Part shown: positions 10,410 through 19,217 of the stretch, one piece after another
Numbering within the stretch: the stretch's first letter is position 1
Layout: each line of letters opens with the position of its first letter
Assembly: GCA_964202905.1 (NCBI GenBank)
Contig: CAXNJO010000007.1
Coordinates: 32,001 to 96,000 of the forward strand
Direction of reading: 5' to 3'
Origin: Polyangiales bacterium
GTDB taxonomy: Bacteria; Myxococcota_A; Polyangia; Polyangiales; JADJQN01
Length of the DNA stretch: 64,000 bases
The notes under the pieces: model-generated
Seen by the model: only the letters and a program-made list of their open reading frames with translations
What the model was told of the DNA's origin: nothing
Database searches by the model: none
Position numbers and translations under genes: made by a program

Positions 10410-11111
10410 TCACTCGCAGGTGAAGTTGGCGGCGAGCAGCGAAGCGACGGCGATCTGGCGGCCGCGCTCCGGGGTGCTCGCGCGAGCGACGAAGGTGTCG
10501 CAGAGCGCGACGTGCGTCTCGGTCGCCGGCTCGCCGATCAGACACGAGATGCCGTCCGCGGTGCAGTGCCCGTCGGCGTCGAACATCTCCGTCCCGCGGT
10601 CGCCGATGCGGCACGCGTCGAGCGTGGGCATCGCGGCGATGATCTCGGGGGCGGCCTGTACGAAGAGGTCGAACATGCGCGACGCGGTCGCGACGGTCAC
10701 CTCCGTCGACTCCGCGACGCGCGCGCCGTAGTTGGGCGCGCCGAGCGCTTGATCGGACTCGCGGTAGAGCGCCCCCGCGCCGTCGCCCGAGAGGTTCACG
10801 CCGCGCGACGCGAGCACGCGACCGAGCGTCGCGTAGGGCAGCTTGCGGCACGAATGCACGCGGGTGGTGTAGCCGGGGGGGCCCTCTTCTTCGATGCGCG
10901 CGAGCGCTTCGCGGACGTCGGTGGTCACGTCGCCGAGCGCGGCCGGGTGGTCGAAGGTGCCCTCCGTCCCGCTCGCGGTCCCGCCGCCTGTGGTGACCGG
11001 GGGCTCCGGGAGCGCGCCGACGAGGTCGGGCGGGGTGGTGAAGGAGTTGCCTTCGCCGCAGGCGGCGAGGGCGAGGAGGGCGGTGAGGCAGGCGAGGCGG
11101 CGCTGGATCAT
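10410..11111 (-). CDS. Cys-containing lipoprotein of unknown function
   Basis: Lipobox LAAC; several further Cys; tightly packed in the minus-strand operon. Confidence 0.75.
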   Translation of the reverse strand: MIQRRLACLTALLALAACGEGNSFTTPPDLVGALPEPPVTTGGGTASGTEGTFDHPAALGDVTTDVREALARIEEEGPPGYTTRVHSCRKLPYATLGRVLASRGVNLSGDGAGALYRESDQALGAPNYGARVAESTEVTVATASRMFDLFVQAAPEIIAAMPTLDACRIGDRGTEMFDADGHCTADGISCLIGEPATETHVALCDTFVARASTPERGRQIAVASLLAANFTCE

Positions 11112-11121
11112 GGCGGGCTCC

Positions 11122-12381
11122 TCAGAAGCTCGTGAAGTCGTCGCTCGTGAACACGGCGCGCAGGAGCGCCTTCATGCGGTGGCCGCCGGCCGCGAAGTCC
11201 GCGCGCTCGGTCTCGATCACCGAGGTCGGCACGACGGAGAGCGTCGCGACGATGTCACCCTTGCCGAGCGCGAAGTTCCACGCGCGGGCGACGAAGCAGG
11301 CCTCGACGTCGGGGTCGGCCGCGAGCGCCGCGCCGAGCTCCGGGAGGTTCCGCGCGGCGATGCCGTGGCGCCAGCCCGTCTCCTCGCCCGCCGGGAGCCA
11401 GTCGGCGCGCACCGCGAGCGGCGCGTCGACGAGCGGCAGGCGCACGGCGAAGTCGTCCTGGAAGCGGCCCTCGTCGTCGAAGCGCGCGAAGAGCGGCGCG
11501 AGGTGGTTCATCGTCGCGTGGCAGTTCGCGCACGTCACGCTGCTGACGTCGTGGAAGTCGATGCGACCGCCGTTGTCCGCGCCCGCGATGCTCTCGAAGG
11601 GCCACGGCGCCGTGTAGGGCGAGGCGCCACCGACGTCCATCGGCGCGTCGATCTCCGCGGGGAACGCGGTGCACGCGAAGGTCTCCTGCACCCAGCGCGC
11701 GCGGCGGAAGGCGAGGTTCGAGCGGAAATGCGCCATCACGCCCGGGGTCGAGAGCACACCCGCGTGCGTGGGCACGCCGTTGTCGCAGTCGCCCGGCGAG
11801 ATGGTGCCATCGTCTGCGATGGTGGCGCATGCGCCGCTCTCGGCGGTGAAGAGTTCGGTGAGGGGGCGGTCTTCGAGGACGAGCCAGGTCGCGAACGCCG
11901 GCGCCTGGTCGAGCGCGCCGTTGTCGCCCGCGCGGAAGGTGTTGCGCCAGAACGCGAGCATCTGCCGGCGCAGCGCCGGCTCCTCGAGCCACGCATCGAT
12001 GAGCGACTCGTAGGCGCGCCGCGCGTCGCCGGCGCCGGCGACGAAGCGCGTCTCGACGAGCGTGGGCAGCGTGCCGCGCAGGCGGAGCGACGCGGTGCGG
12101 AGGGCTGCGCCGTAGTCGGGCGTGCGGGCCGCGAGGCGCGCCTGCCACTCGGCGGAGATCGCGCCCGAGGTGTCGGGCGCGTCGGCGTAGCCGTCGTCGA
12201 CGGGCGCGGTGCCTGCGTCGGCGCTGAGGTCGCCGCCGACCTCGCCCGCGTCGGGCGCGCCCGCACCGGCGTCGGCCGCGGGCGGCGTCGGCGCGTCGGG
12301 GTAGTCGTAGCCGCCGCAGCCGGCGGCGAGCAGGGTGACGAGGGCGGAGCAGATCGCGAGCCGAGGCGTGGGTCGGTTCAT
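11122..12381 (-). CDS. Heme-motif lipoprotein, DUF1588/DUF1585 (planctomycete cytochrome c-type)-like
   Basis: Lipobox AAGC; HAGVLSTPG...RRARWVQETFAC; CANCH heme-binding motif; C-terminal MKALLRAVFTSDDF. Confidence 0.7.
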   Translation of the reverse strand: MNRPTPRLAICSALVTLLAAGCGGYDYPDAPTPPAADAGAGAPDAGEVGGDLSADAGTAPVDDGYADAPDTSGAISAEWQARLAARTPDYGAALRTASLRLRGTLPTLVETRFVAGAGDARRAYESLIDAWLEEPALRRQMLAFWRNTFRAGDNGALDQAPAFATWLVLEDRPLTELFTAESGACATIADDGTISPGDCDNGVPTHAGVLSTPGVMAHFRSNLAFRRARWVQETFACTAFPAEIDAPMDVGGASPYTAPWPFESIAGADNGGRIDFHDVSSVTCANCHATMNHLAPLFARFDDEGRFQDDFAVRLPLVDAPLAVRADWLPAGEETGWRHGIAARNLPELGAALAADPDVEACFVARAWNFALGKGDIVATLSVVPTSVIETERADFAAGGHRMKALLRAVFTSDDFTSF

Positions 12382-12386
12382 GGGCG

Positions 12387-13505
12387 TCACTCCGAAGCGA
12401 GCCAGCGGAAGACCGCGAGCTGGAAGGTGTCACGTGCGTCGGTCGAGCCGAACTTGAAGTCGTGACCGACCGAGGACTCCGGGTCGCTCGCGAGCAGCAG
12501 CATGCTGCGCGCGACGTCGGCGCGGTTCACGCGGGTGAGGACCTCGTTGCAGGCGCTGCGCTGCGCGTCGTCGCCCGTGTCGAGCAATGGCCGCATGTCG
12601 ACGGCGGCCGTCGCGCCCGCGTTCCCGCCGCCGTGGCAGCTCGTGCAGCGGTTCATCAGCGCGGGCCGCGCGTGCTCGGTGAAGAGCGGGACTTGCGCGC
12701 AGCCGCTCGTGGGTGAGGGCGTCGGCGTGGGCGCGGGAGGCGCGACGGTCTGCGGGCCGATCGCATCGAAGTGCACCGCGAGCGACGAGCCCTCGGGGAA
12801 GTCGACGAGCACGAGCTCGGCGCCGCCGAGGGGCGCCGTCGTGCCGGGATCGACGTCGAGCTCGACGCCCTCGAAGGTGTCGAAGGCGTCCGCGACCGTG
12901 TCGCCGTCAACGAAGGCGAGGAAGACGGGGTGCACGACCACGGCGCCGTCCTCGCCCGCGACGAGCGTGATGTCCGAGAGCAGCAGGCCGCTCGCCGCAC
13001 GCGTCGCGATGAAGGTGATGCGCGCGCCCGCGAGGCCGAAGCCGGCGAGGTCGATGTCGTTGAAGCCAACGACGGGCGTGACGGGTGGGGTCAGCAGCGC
13101 GGGCTCGGGCGGCGTCGTCGACGCGTGGTCGGCGGCCTCGAGCGCGATCCACTGCTCGACGGTCGCGGCCTCGGTCGCCGTCCACGCGGGCCCGGAGTGC
13201 TCGCCCTTGGTGACGACGCGGCTGTCGTCGGGCGTGTCGAGATCGACGAGCGCGGGCCACGCGAGCAGCGAGGTGCGGAGGTCGGGCTCGGGCACGAGGA
13301 AGCCGGGGCCGGTGCGGTCGGCCGCGTGGCAGCCGAGGCAGCGCGTGCGGAGCAGCGGCTCGACGCGCGCGGCGAAGAAGGCCGCGGCGTCGGTCTCGGC
13401 GACGTCACCGGGCATCGTGAGCGCGACTACACCGGCGTTGCAGCCGGCGGTCGCGAGGGCGAACACGGGGAGCAGGAGGCTGCGGAGCAGGGTGGAGTGG
13501 CGCAC
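12387..13505 (-). CDS. Di-heme c-type cytochrome lipoprotein
   Basis: GTG start, lipobox TAGC; FFAARVEPLLRTRCLGCH and FTEHARPALMNRCTSCHGG, two CxxCH motifs in planctomycete-cytochrome-like contexts. Confidence 0.75.
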   Translation of the reverse strand: MRHSTLLRSLLLPVFALATAGCNAGVVALTMPGDVAETDAAAFFAARVEPLLRTRCLGCHAADRTGPGFLVPEPDLRTSLLAWPALVDLDTPDDSRVVTKGEHSGPAWTATEAATVEQWIALEAADHASTTPPEPALLTPPVTPVVGFNDIDLAGFGLAGARITFIATRAASGLLLSDITLVAGEDGAVVVHPVFLAFVDGDTVADAFDTFEGVELDVDPGTTAPLGGAELVLVDFPEGSSLAVHFDAIGPQTVAPPAPTPTPSPTSGCAQVPLFTEHARPALMNRCTSCHGGGNAGATAAVDMRPLLDTGDDAQRSACNEVLTRVNRADVARSMLLLASDPESSVGHDFKFGSTDARDTFQLAVFRWLASE

Positions 13506-13677
13506 GCCAACCCATTCAGCACACGACGTGCCATGCGCCGTGAGGTCGAAATCCCTCGCAAAGACCGTGGATTGCCGAGGGTGGTGACGCCCGACCCCTC
13601 CCGCCCCGGCGCACGTCTGGAGGCCGGTGGGTTCGGGAGACCCCGCCCCTGCCGCGCCCGGCACGGTGGGCGCCACG

Positions 13678-13899
13678 TCAGTTGCAGCCGCAGCCGCCGC
13701 CGCCGCTGCCGAGCCCGCCGCTGCTGCCCTCGCGGACCTCGGTGGCGTGCTCCTCGCCGGCCGAGCGGTCACGGTTGCCCTCGAACTGCATGTCGGGGCG
13801 CGCGAGCTCTTCGCGCTCCCACGGGCTCACCGTCGCGCAGCCCGCGGTGGACGCGAGCGCGAAGGCGAAGGCGAGCACGGCGGTCGCGGGGCGCGGCAC
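13678..13899 (-). CDS. DUF4266 family small lipoprotein
   Basis: GCATVSPWEREELARPDM...EHATEVREGSSGGLGSGGGGCGCN is the typical DUF4266 signature. Confidence 0.9.
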   Translation of the reverse strand: MPRPATAVLAFAFALASTAGCATVSPWEREELARPDMQFEGNRDRSAGEEHATEVREGSSGGLGSGGGGCGCN

Positions 13900-13958
13900 G
13901 GCGCCGACCGTAACACGCGGGTTGCGGCGCGTGACGCGCGTCCGGTACGGTCACGAGG
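13900..13958. promoter_or_regulatory. Back-to-back leaderless-type promoters (TACGGT on both strands)
   Basis: Minus strand TGT-TACGGT-7 nt-GTG(13899); plus strand TACGGT(13946-13951)-7 nt-ATG(13959). Confidence 0.55.
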
Positions 13959-14489
13959 ATGTCGACGCGCGGCCCGTCTCCCCGTCCCCGCGTCGCGCTG
14001 CGCGTGCCCGACGCGGTGCGCGCCGTGGGCTGCGCGTTTCTCGTCGCCGGCGGCATGGTGATCGGCGCGGGCTGCGCCGCGGAGGACACGCCGGCCGAGC
14101 CGCGTCGCCCCGACCGCGCGGCGTTCGACGCGACCATCTATCCCATCCTGCTGCGTGACTGCGGCTTCGTCGCCTGTCACGGCGATGGCGGGCGCGCGTT
14201 CCGCGTCGTCGGGCCCGGGCGTGCGCGGCTCGATCCGCTCGACGCGCCCGACACGCCGCCGACCGCGGCCGAGCTCGACGCGACGTACGAGCGCAGCGTC
14301 TCGATGCTGGCGACGGCCGAGACGCCGGGCGACACGCTGCTCCTGCGCAAGCCGCTCGACGCGGCCGCCGGTGGCGGCGCGCATCGCGGTGTCGATCGCT
14401 TCGGCCGCAACGTCTACGCCTCGCGCGAGGATCCGTCGTGGCAGGCGCTCGAGGCGTGGGTCGAGACGGCCTGGGAGGCGGCGCCATGA
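13959..14489 (+). CDS. Lipoprotein with atypical CX4CH heme-like motif
   Basis: Lipobox GAGC; FDATIYPILLRDCGFVACHG, LLLRKPL...HRG, W-rich C-terminus resembling planctomycete-type cytochrome domains. Confidence 0.7.
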   Translation: MSTRGPSPRPRVALRVPDAVRAVGCAFLVAGGMVIGAGCAAEDTPAEPRRPDRAAFDATIYPILLRDCGFVACHGDGGRAFRVVGPGRARLDPLDAPDTPPTAAELDATYERSVSMLATAETPGDTLLLRKPLDAAAGGGAHRGVDRFGRNVYASREDPSWQALEAWVETAWEAAP

Positions 14490-15292
14490 GTCGCGCTCGC
14501 GTCGTGCGGCGTGGGCGCATCGGCGCCGTGGCGCTGGGCGGTGCGCTCGTCGCCATGGTGCCCATGGGTGCGCGCGCGTGGTCGGACGGCGCGGACTTCG
14601 AGCGCGCGGCGATCGAGGGGGGCGGGGGCGGGCGGCACTTCACGGGCTCGCCCGCGGATGGCTACACGTGCGCGGTCTGTCACGGCGACGCGCCGACCGC
14701 GCCACCGCGCCTCGAGGGGCTGCCCGCCGAGGGGTACGCGCCAGGCACGACGTACGCGCTCACGGCCGACTGGGGGCCCGACGCGCGGCGTGCGGGGCTC
14801 GCGCTCGAGCTCGTCGATGCGCGGGGCGCCGCGGTCGGCACGCTCGCGCTGCGGGGCGACGGCGACGAAGACGAGCGGTGCCGGGACGATGGGACGGGCG
14901 CGACGCCGCGCGCGGCCCGTCTCGTGACGCCCGCCGCCGGGGAGTCACCCCGCGCCGTGCTCGTCGTCGACGGGTGCGGGGCCTCGGCCACGCGCTGGTC
15001 GTGGACGGCGCCCGCCCGCGCGCAGGGCCCGGTGTTCGTCGAGGCGTCGTTCGTGCGCGCGAACGGCACGGGCGGGCCGGACGGCGACGCGACGGCCCAC
15101 CTCGAGGTGCAGGTGCCGCCGGCGCAGGTCGCGCCCGAGGTGCGCGCGGTGGGCGGCGGATGCGCGGCTGCGGGCGGGTCGCCGTGGCCATCACGCCGCG
15201 TGCCCGCGGCGTTCGGCGCGGCGCTGCTCGTGCTCGTCGCCCGTGCCCGGTCGCGTCGTCGCTGGGTGCGGATCACCCAGCGGGTCGACTGA
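14486..15292 (+). CDS. Exported Reeler-like protein with CxxCH motif and MYXO-CTERM sorting tail
   Basis: Signal peptide ending ARA; FTGSPADGYTCAVCHG; GYAPGTTY; WSWTAP; C-terminal GGGCAA + hydrophobic stretch + RARSRRR. Confidence 0.65.
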   Translation: MSRARVVRRGRIGAVALGGALVAMVPMGARAWSDGADFERAAIEGGGGGRHFTGSPADGYTCAVCHGDAPTAPPRLEGLPAEGYAPGTTYALTADWGPDARRAGLALELVDARGAAVGTLALRGDGDEDERCRDDGTGATPRAARLVTPAAGESPRAVLVVDGCGASATRWSWTAPARAQGPVFVEASFVRANGTGGPDGDATAHLEVQVPPAQVAPEVRAVGGGCAAAGGSPWPSRRVPAAFGAALLVLVARARSRRRWVRITQRVD

Positions 15293-15307
15293 CGCGGTGG
15301 TTGGCGC

Positions 15308-16645
15308 TCAGCGGCGGTACACGGCCGAGAGCGTGACCCACCGCTCGACGTCGACCGCGTCGCCGCGCGGGCCGGTCGACACGAGGGCGTGCGCCTCGCG
15401 GTACATCGCCTCGAGCGCGAACGCGTCGAAGAGGCCGAGCGTCGCGCCGCCCTCGAAGCCGAGCGTCACGCCGCCCGCGCCCGCCCCGAGGCCCTGCAGC
15501 GCGCTCGACACGATCGCGAGCCACTGGACGTCCGCGCCGAGCGTGAAGGCGAAGCGCGCGCCGAGGGGGAGCGTCGCGCCGAGCCGCGCGTGCGGTCCGG
15601 CGAGCCCGTAGTCGGGCAGGGCCACGAGCGCGTTCGACGAGAAGGCGCGCGTCGAGAAGCCGAGCGCGGCCTCGATCGACGCGGCGTGCGGGGACGCGCC
15701 GAGCCGGTAGCCGAGCCCGACGTCGACGCTCACCGATTGCGCGCGGGAGGCGGTGATGCGCGTGGTGCCGTCGAGGCGCCGATCCGTCGTGCGGAGGCCG
15801 GCGGAGGTCAGGTAGCGCACGCGCCCGCGGACCGTGAGGCGCGCGCCCGCCTCGGGCTCGACGGCGACCCCGAGCGCGAGGCCGACGGCGGGGAAGGGAT
15901 CCGTCGCGAGCCGCACGGCCGCGCCCGACGCGCCCGCAGGCCCGTCGAACGCGCGCATCCCGAGGCCGCCACCGACGCCGAGCGTGAAGCGCACGCGGCT
16001 GCTCGACCCCTCCGCGCGGGCTTCGCCAGCGTCGGCCTCCGCGTCGGCCTCCGCGTCGGCCTCCGCGTCCGCATCGGGCGGTCCGCCACGCTCGCCGGGG
16101 CGCGTGAGCGCTGCGACCGCGAGGCGCGTCTCGGCGAGCACCGTGCGCACCGTCGGCAGATCGAGTCGACCGCCCGCGCCGACCGGGTGGCGCTCCTCGA
16201 GCATCACGAGGCCGGTGCGCCCCTCGCGGTACGTGATCCGCGCGAGCCGCGCGCGCGCGGTCGCCGAGACGACGACGACGAGCACGACGTCGGCCTCGGG
16301 GAGAAAGCGCTCGAACGCCTCGTCGGACACGGGCGCGAGCCCGGCGTCGCGCGCCGAGATGACGTAGTCGCCCGCGTCGACCACGTCGCCGGCCTCGATG
16401 AGCACGTCGCGCAGCGCCTGCACGACGTAGGCGGGCGTGCCGCGCTCGCCGAGCACGAGGATGCGCGGCTGCGTCCACGCGCCGGGGTCGGGCGTCAGTG
16501 CTCCGTCATCGCCGGAATCTTCTGTGATGTCAGTATCATACGGCTCTTGCGCGCGCAGCGGCGCGGGCGCGCAGAGCGCGGCTGCGAGCGCGCCGAGGAG
16601 CGCGGCGGAGAGCACCGCGCGCGCCGTGTCGCGCGATTTGTTCAC
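15308..16645 (-). CDS. Exported protein with predicted C-terminal outer-membrane beta-barrel
   Basis: GTG overlaps the DUF3570 stop; signal peptide ending LRA-Q; C-terminal alternating beta-strand pattern ending VTLSAVYRR. Confidence 0.6.
   Translation of the reverse strand: MNKSRDTARAVLSAALLGALAAALCAPAPLRAQEPYDTDITEDSGDDGALTPDPGAWTQPRILVLGERGTPAYVVQALRDVLIEAGDVVDAGDYVISARDAGLAPVSDEAFERFLPEADVVLVVVVSATARARLARITYREGRTGLVMLEERHPVGAGGRLDLPTVRTVLAETRLAVAALTRPGERGGPPDADAEADAEADAEADAGEARAEGSSSRVRFTLGVGGGLGMRAFDGPAGASGAAVRLATDPFPAVGLALGVAVEPEAGARLTVRGRVRYLTSAGLRTTDRRLDGTTRITASRAQSVSVDVGLGYRLGASPHAASIEAALGFSTRAFSSNALVALPDYGLAGPHARLGATLPLGARFAFTLGADVQWLAIVSSALQGLGAGAGGVTLGFEGGATLGLFDAFALEAMYREAHALVSTGPRGDAVDVERWVTLSAVYRR
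16029..16069. repeat. 12-nt tandem repeat GCGTCGGCCTCC x3.4 (EADA linker in the minus-strand CDS)
   Basis: Exact copies at 16029, 16041 and 16053. Confidence 0.85.
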
Positions 16646-17784
16646 AGCGTCACCTCGGCGGAGAGGGTCACGTCGAGCGCGAGCACGCGGTCGAGCCCGA
16701 CGAAGTCGTCGTAGGTGAGCAGCGCGCCGCCGACGACGAGCGTCGTCCGCAGCTCGGGGCCGGCGTCGGTGAGGTCGATGCGCTGCTCCCACGAGAGCTC
16801 GGCGCGGTGGTGGAACATCGCCGAGAGCTCCTTGTCCCGCGTGACGTAGAGGATCTGCGCGCTCGGCACGCCATAGCGCGGCCGGTAGAACGTAGCCGCG
16901 GACTGCCGGTAGAAGCGGTAGCCGAGTGAGAGGGTCGTGCGCTCGAAGGGGAGCCACGCGGCGCTCGCGAGCGCGGTGTGCGAGACGAGGCCCCAGTCGT
17001 CGAGGTAGAGGCGGTACGTCGCGCCGAGCGAGCCCGACGCGCCGAGCGAGCGACGGAAGCGCGCCGCGACCGCGTGCCGCGTGCGCAACCCCGGGTGGCT
17101 CTCCGGCAGGCAGAGCACCGCGCTGCCGGCGCAGAGGCCGTCGCCGCCGACGCCGACGAAGCGGTACGGGCTCGCGAGGTAGCCTTCGCGGCGGCCGAAC
17201 TCGTAGCTGCCCTGCAGGATCGTGTGCGGGTCGAGGATCTGCGTGTAGGTCGCGCGGCCGCCGACGGTCGCGAGCCCCCGCGCGAAGCCCTGATCGCCCG
17301 AGCGCCCGACCACGTCGTAACTCGCGTTCAGCGCGGCCTCGAGCGTCGCGGCGCCCTCGCCGAGCTCCTGGGCGAGGCGCAGCGAGCCGCCGTGCGAGAC
17401 GTAGTCGGGCTCGACCGAGACGCGGTAGCCGCCGCCGATCGTCGTCTCGTCGAGCTCGCGCGAGACGGAGACGGAGAGCTCGTCGCGCTGCTCGTGCACC
17501 GCGCGTGTCGCGGCCGTGCGAATGTCGATCGACGCGCTCGTCCAGACGTCCGCGGTGTACGCGGCTTCGACGCGTGTGCGGTCCTCGTCGAGCAGCACGG
17601 CGGCGCGCACGCGGGGCGCGTAGACGGTCGTGCCGTCGCTGTCCGTGCGCACGAAGCCGCCCGCGGCGAGCTCGTCCGCGGCGCCGCGCCCTGGGAGCGC
17701 GAGCGCGCCGATGAGCAACAGCGCCCAGCCGCGCGCGGAGGGCAGCGCGGTCGCGGGGACGAGGCGGGGCAGGCGGGCGCGCAC
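16642..17784 (-). CDS. DUF3570 family outer-membrane beta-barrel protein
   Basis: YTADVWTSASIDIRTAAT, EPDYVSH, GYLASPYR, ESHPGLRTRHA, YRLYLDDWGLVSHT, YRFYRQSAATFY, TRDKELS motifs. Confidence 0.88.
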   Translation of the reverse strand: MRARLPRLVPATALPSARGWALLLIGALALPGRGAADELAAGGFVRTDSDGTTVYAPRVRAAVLLDEDRTRVEAAYTADVWTSASIDIRTAATRAVHEQRDELSVSVSRELDETTIGGGYRVSVEPDYVSHGGSLRLAQELGEGAATLEAALNASYDVVGRSGDQGFARGLATVGGRATYTQILDPHTILQGSYEFGRREGYLASPYRFVGVGGDGLCAGSAVLCLPESHPGLRTRHAVAARFRRSLGASGSLGATYRLYLDDWGLVSHTALASAAWLPFERTTLSLGYRFYRQSAATFYRPRYGVPSAQILYVTRDKELSAMFHHRAELSWEQRIDLTDAGPELRTTLVVGGALLTYDDFVGLDRVLALDVTLSAEVTL

Positions 17785-17985
17785 GGCGGGCTGCAGGGTA
17801 ACAGCCCCGGGGCGTTCGCGGGCTCGAAGTTGGCGACCGGGCGCTGCGCCGCTCGGGAAGGTCCTGTGCCTGCCGCGGGCCGCGACTCGCGCGTCCGTCG
17901 GGGGGGCGCCACGGCGTCTGCGCGCACTTGTACGTCGCTGCGCGGTGCCTACCTGCGGCGCGTCCCCCGGGGCGGGGCGGAGCCG

Positions 17986-19215
17986 ATGGCAGCGCGCAAA
18001 CGATGGACGAAGAGGCGGGCGTTCGCCCTCGCGGCGGGCTTGCTGCTCGTCGTCGGCGTCGCCGTGGTCGGCGTGCGTCTCGCGTTCGGGCCGCGCGTGT
18101 CGATCGTCCGGGTCGCGTCGCGCGAGGTCGTGCAGACGGTGGTCGCGACGGGTCGGGTCGCGCCCGCGGCGCGCGGCGCGCTCGGCCTCGCGGCGGCCGG
18201 CGTGGTGCGGGCGGTGTACGTGGTGCAGGGGGCGCGCGTCGAGGCCGGTCAGGTGCTGCTCGCGCTCGACGACGCCGAGTCGCAGGCGCAGCTGGCGCAG
18301 GCGCGGGCCAGGCTCGCGGCGGCGCAGGCCGGGGTGCTGTCGTCGCGCGGCGTGCGCGCGCCGCTCGCGGCGCAGGGCGCGTTGCAGGCGGCGATCGCGG
18401 TCGAGCGCGCCACGGCGGAGCTCGCGCGTCGCGTCCGCCTGCACGCGGCGGGCGCGGTGTCCGAGGTGGACGTCGACGAGGCACGGCGCGCGCTCGCGCT
18501 CGTCGAGAGTCAGGCGCGCGGGGCCGCGGTGCAGCGCGCGGCGCTCGGCGCAGGCGGGGCAGAGTCGCGCGCCGCGTCCGCGCAGCTCGCGGAGGCGACG
18601 GCGGCGGTCGCGGCGGCCGAGCAACGCCTCGCGCAGATGCAGCTCGTCGCGCGCGCGCCGGGCGTCGTCGCGGCGCGACACGTCGAGCCGGGCGACGTCG
18701 CGCAGCCCGGGCGCGTGCTGCTCGAGGTGCCGTTCGACGGGCCGCTCGAGCTGGTCATCACGCCCGACGAGCAGAACCTCGCGCTCCTGCGCCCCGGGCA
18801 GCCCGCGCTCGCGAGCGCCGACGCCTTCCCCGACGCGCGTTTCGCGGCGCGGGTCGCGCGGATCGCGCCCTCGGTCGATGCGCGGCGCGGCACGATCGAG
18901 GTGCACCTCGCCGTCCCGTCGACGCCGCGCGTGCTGCGTCCCGAGATGACGGTGAGCGTCGAGATCGAGGCTGCGCGCCGCGCGCGCGCCGTCGCGCTCC
19001 CTGCGCGGCTCGTCCGCGACGCGGGCACGCCGCGGCCGTGGGTGCTGGTCGTCGAGGGCACGCGCGCCGTGCGCCGCGCCGTGCGGCTCGGGCTGCGCGG
19101 CGACGACACGCTGGAGATCGCCGGCGGCCTCCGCGTCGGCGAGTTCGTGATCGACGACGTTGCGCGCGCGCCCGGCGACCGCGTGCGCCCCGAGCCCGCT
19201 GCGGGAGCGCGCTGA
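17986..19215 (+). CDS. Efflux membrane-fusion (periplasmic adaptor) protein, MacA/HlyD-like
   Basis: N-terminal TM, VVATGRV, lipoyl-like GVVRAVYVVQGARVEAGQVL, alpha-hairpin, APGVV...GDVAQPG, LRPEMTVSVEI. Confidence 0.9.
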   Translation: MAARKRWTKRRAFALAAGLLLVVGVAVVGVRLAFGPRVSIVRVASREVVQTVVATGRVAPAARGALGLAAAGVVRAVYVVQGARVEAGQVLLALDDAESQAQLAQARARLAAAQAGVLSSRGVRAPLAAQGALQAAIAVERATAELARRVRLHAAGAVSEVDVDEARRALALVESQARGAAVQRAALGAGGAESRAASAQLAEATAAVAAAEQRLAQMQLVARAPGVVAARHVEPGDVAQPGRVLLEVPFDGPLELVITPDEQNLALLRPGQPALASADAFPDARFAARVARIAPSVDARRGTIEVHLAVPSTPRVLRPEMTVSVEIEAARRARAVALPARLVRDAGTPRPWVLVVEGTRAVRRAVRLGLRGDDTLEIAGGLRVGEFVIDDVARAPGDRVRPEPAAGAR

Positions 19216-19217
19216 GC

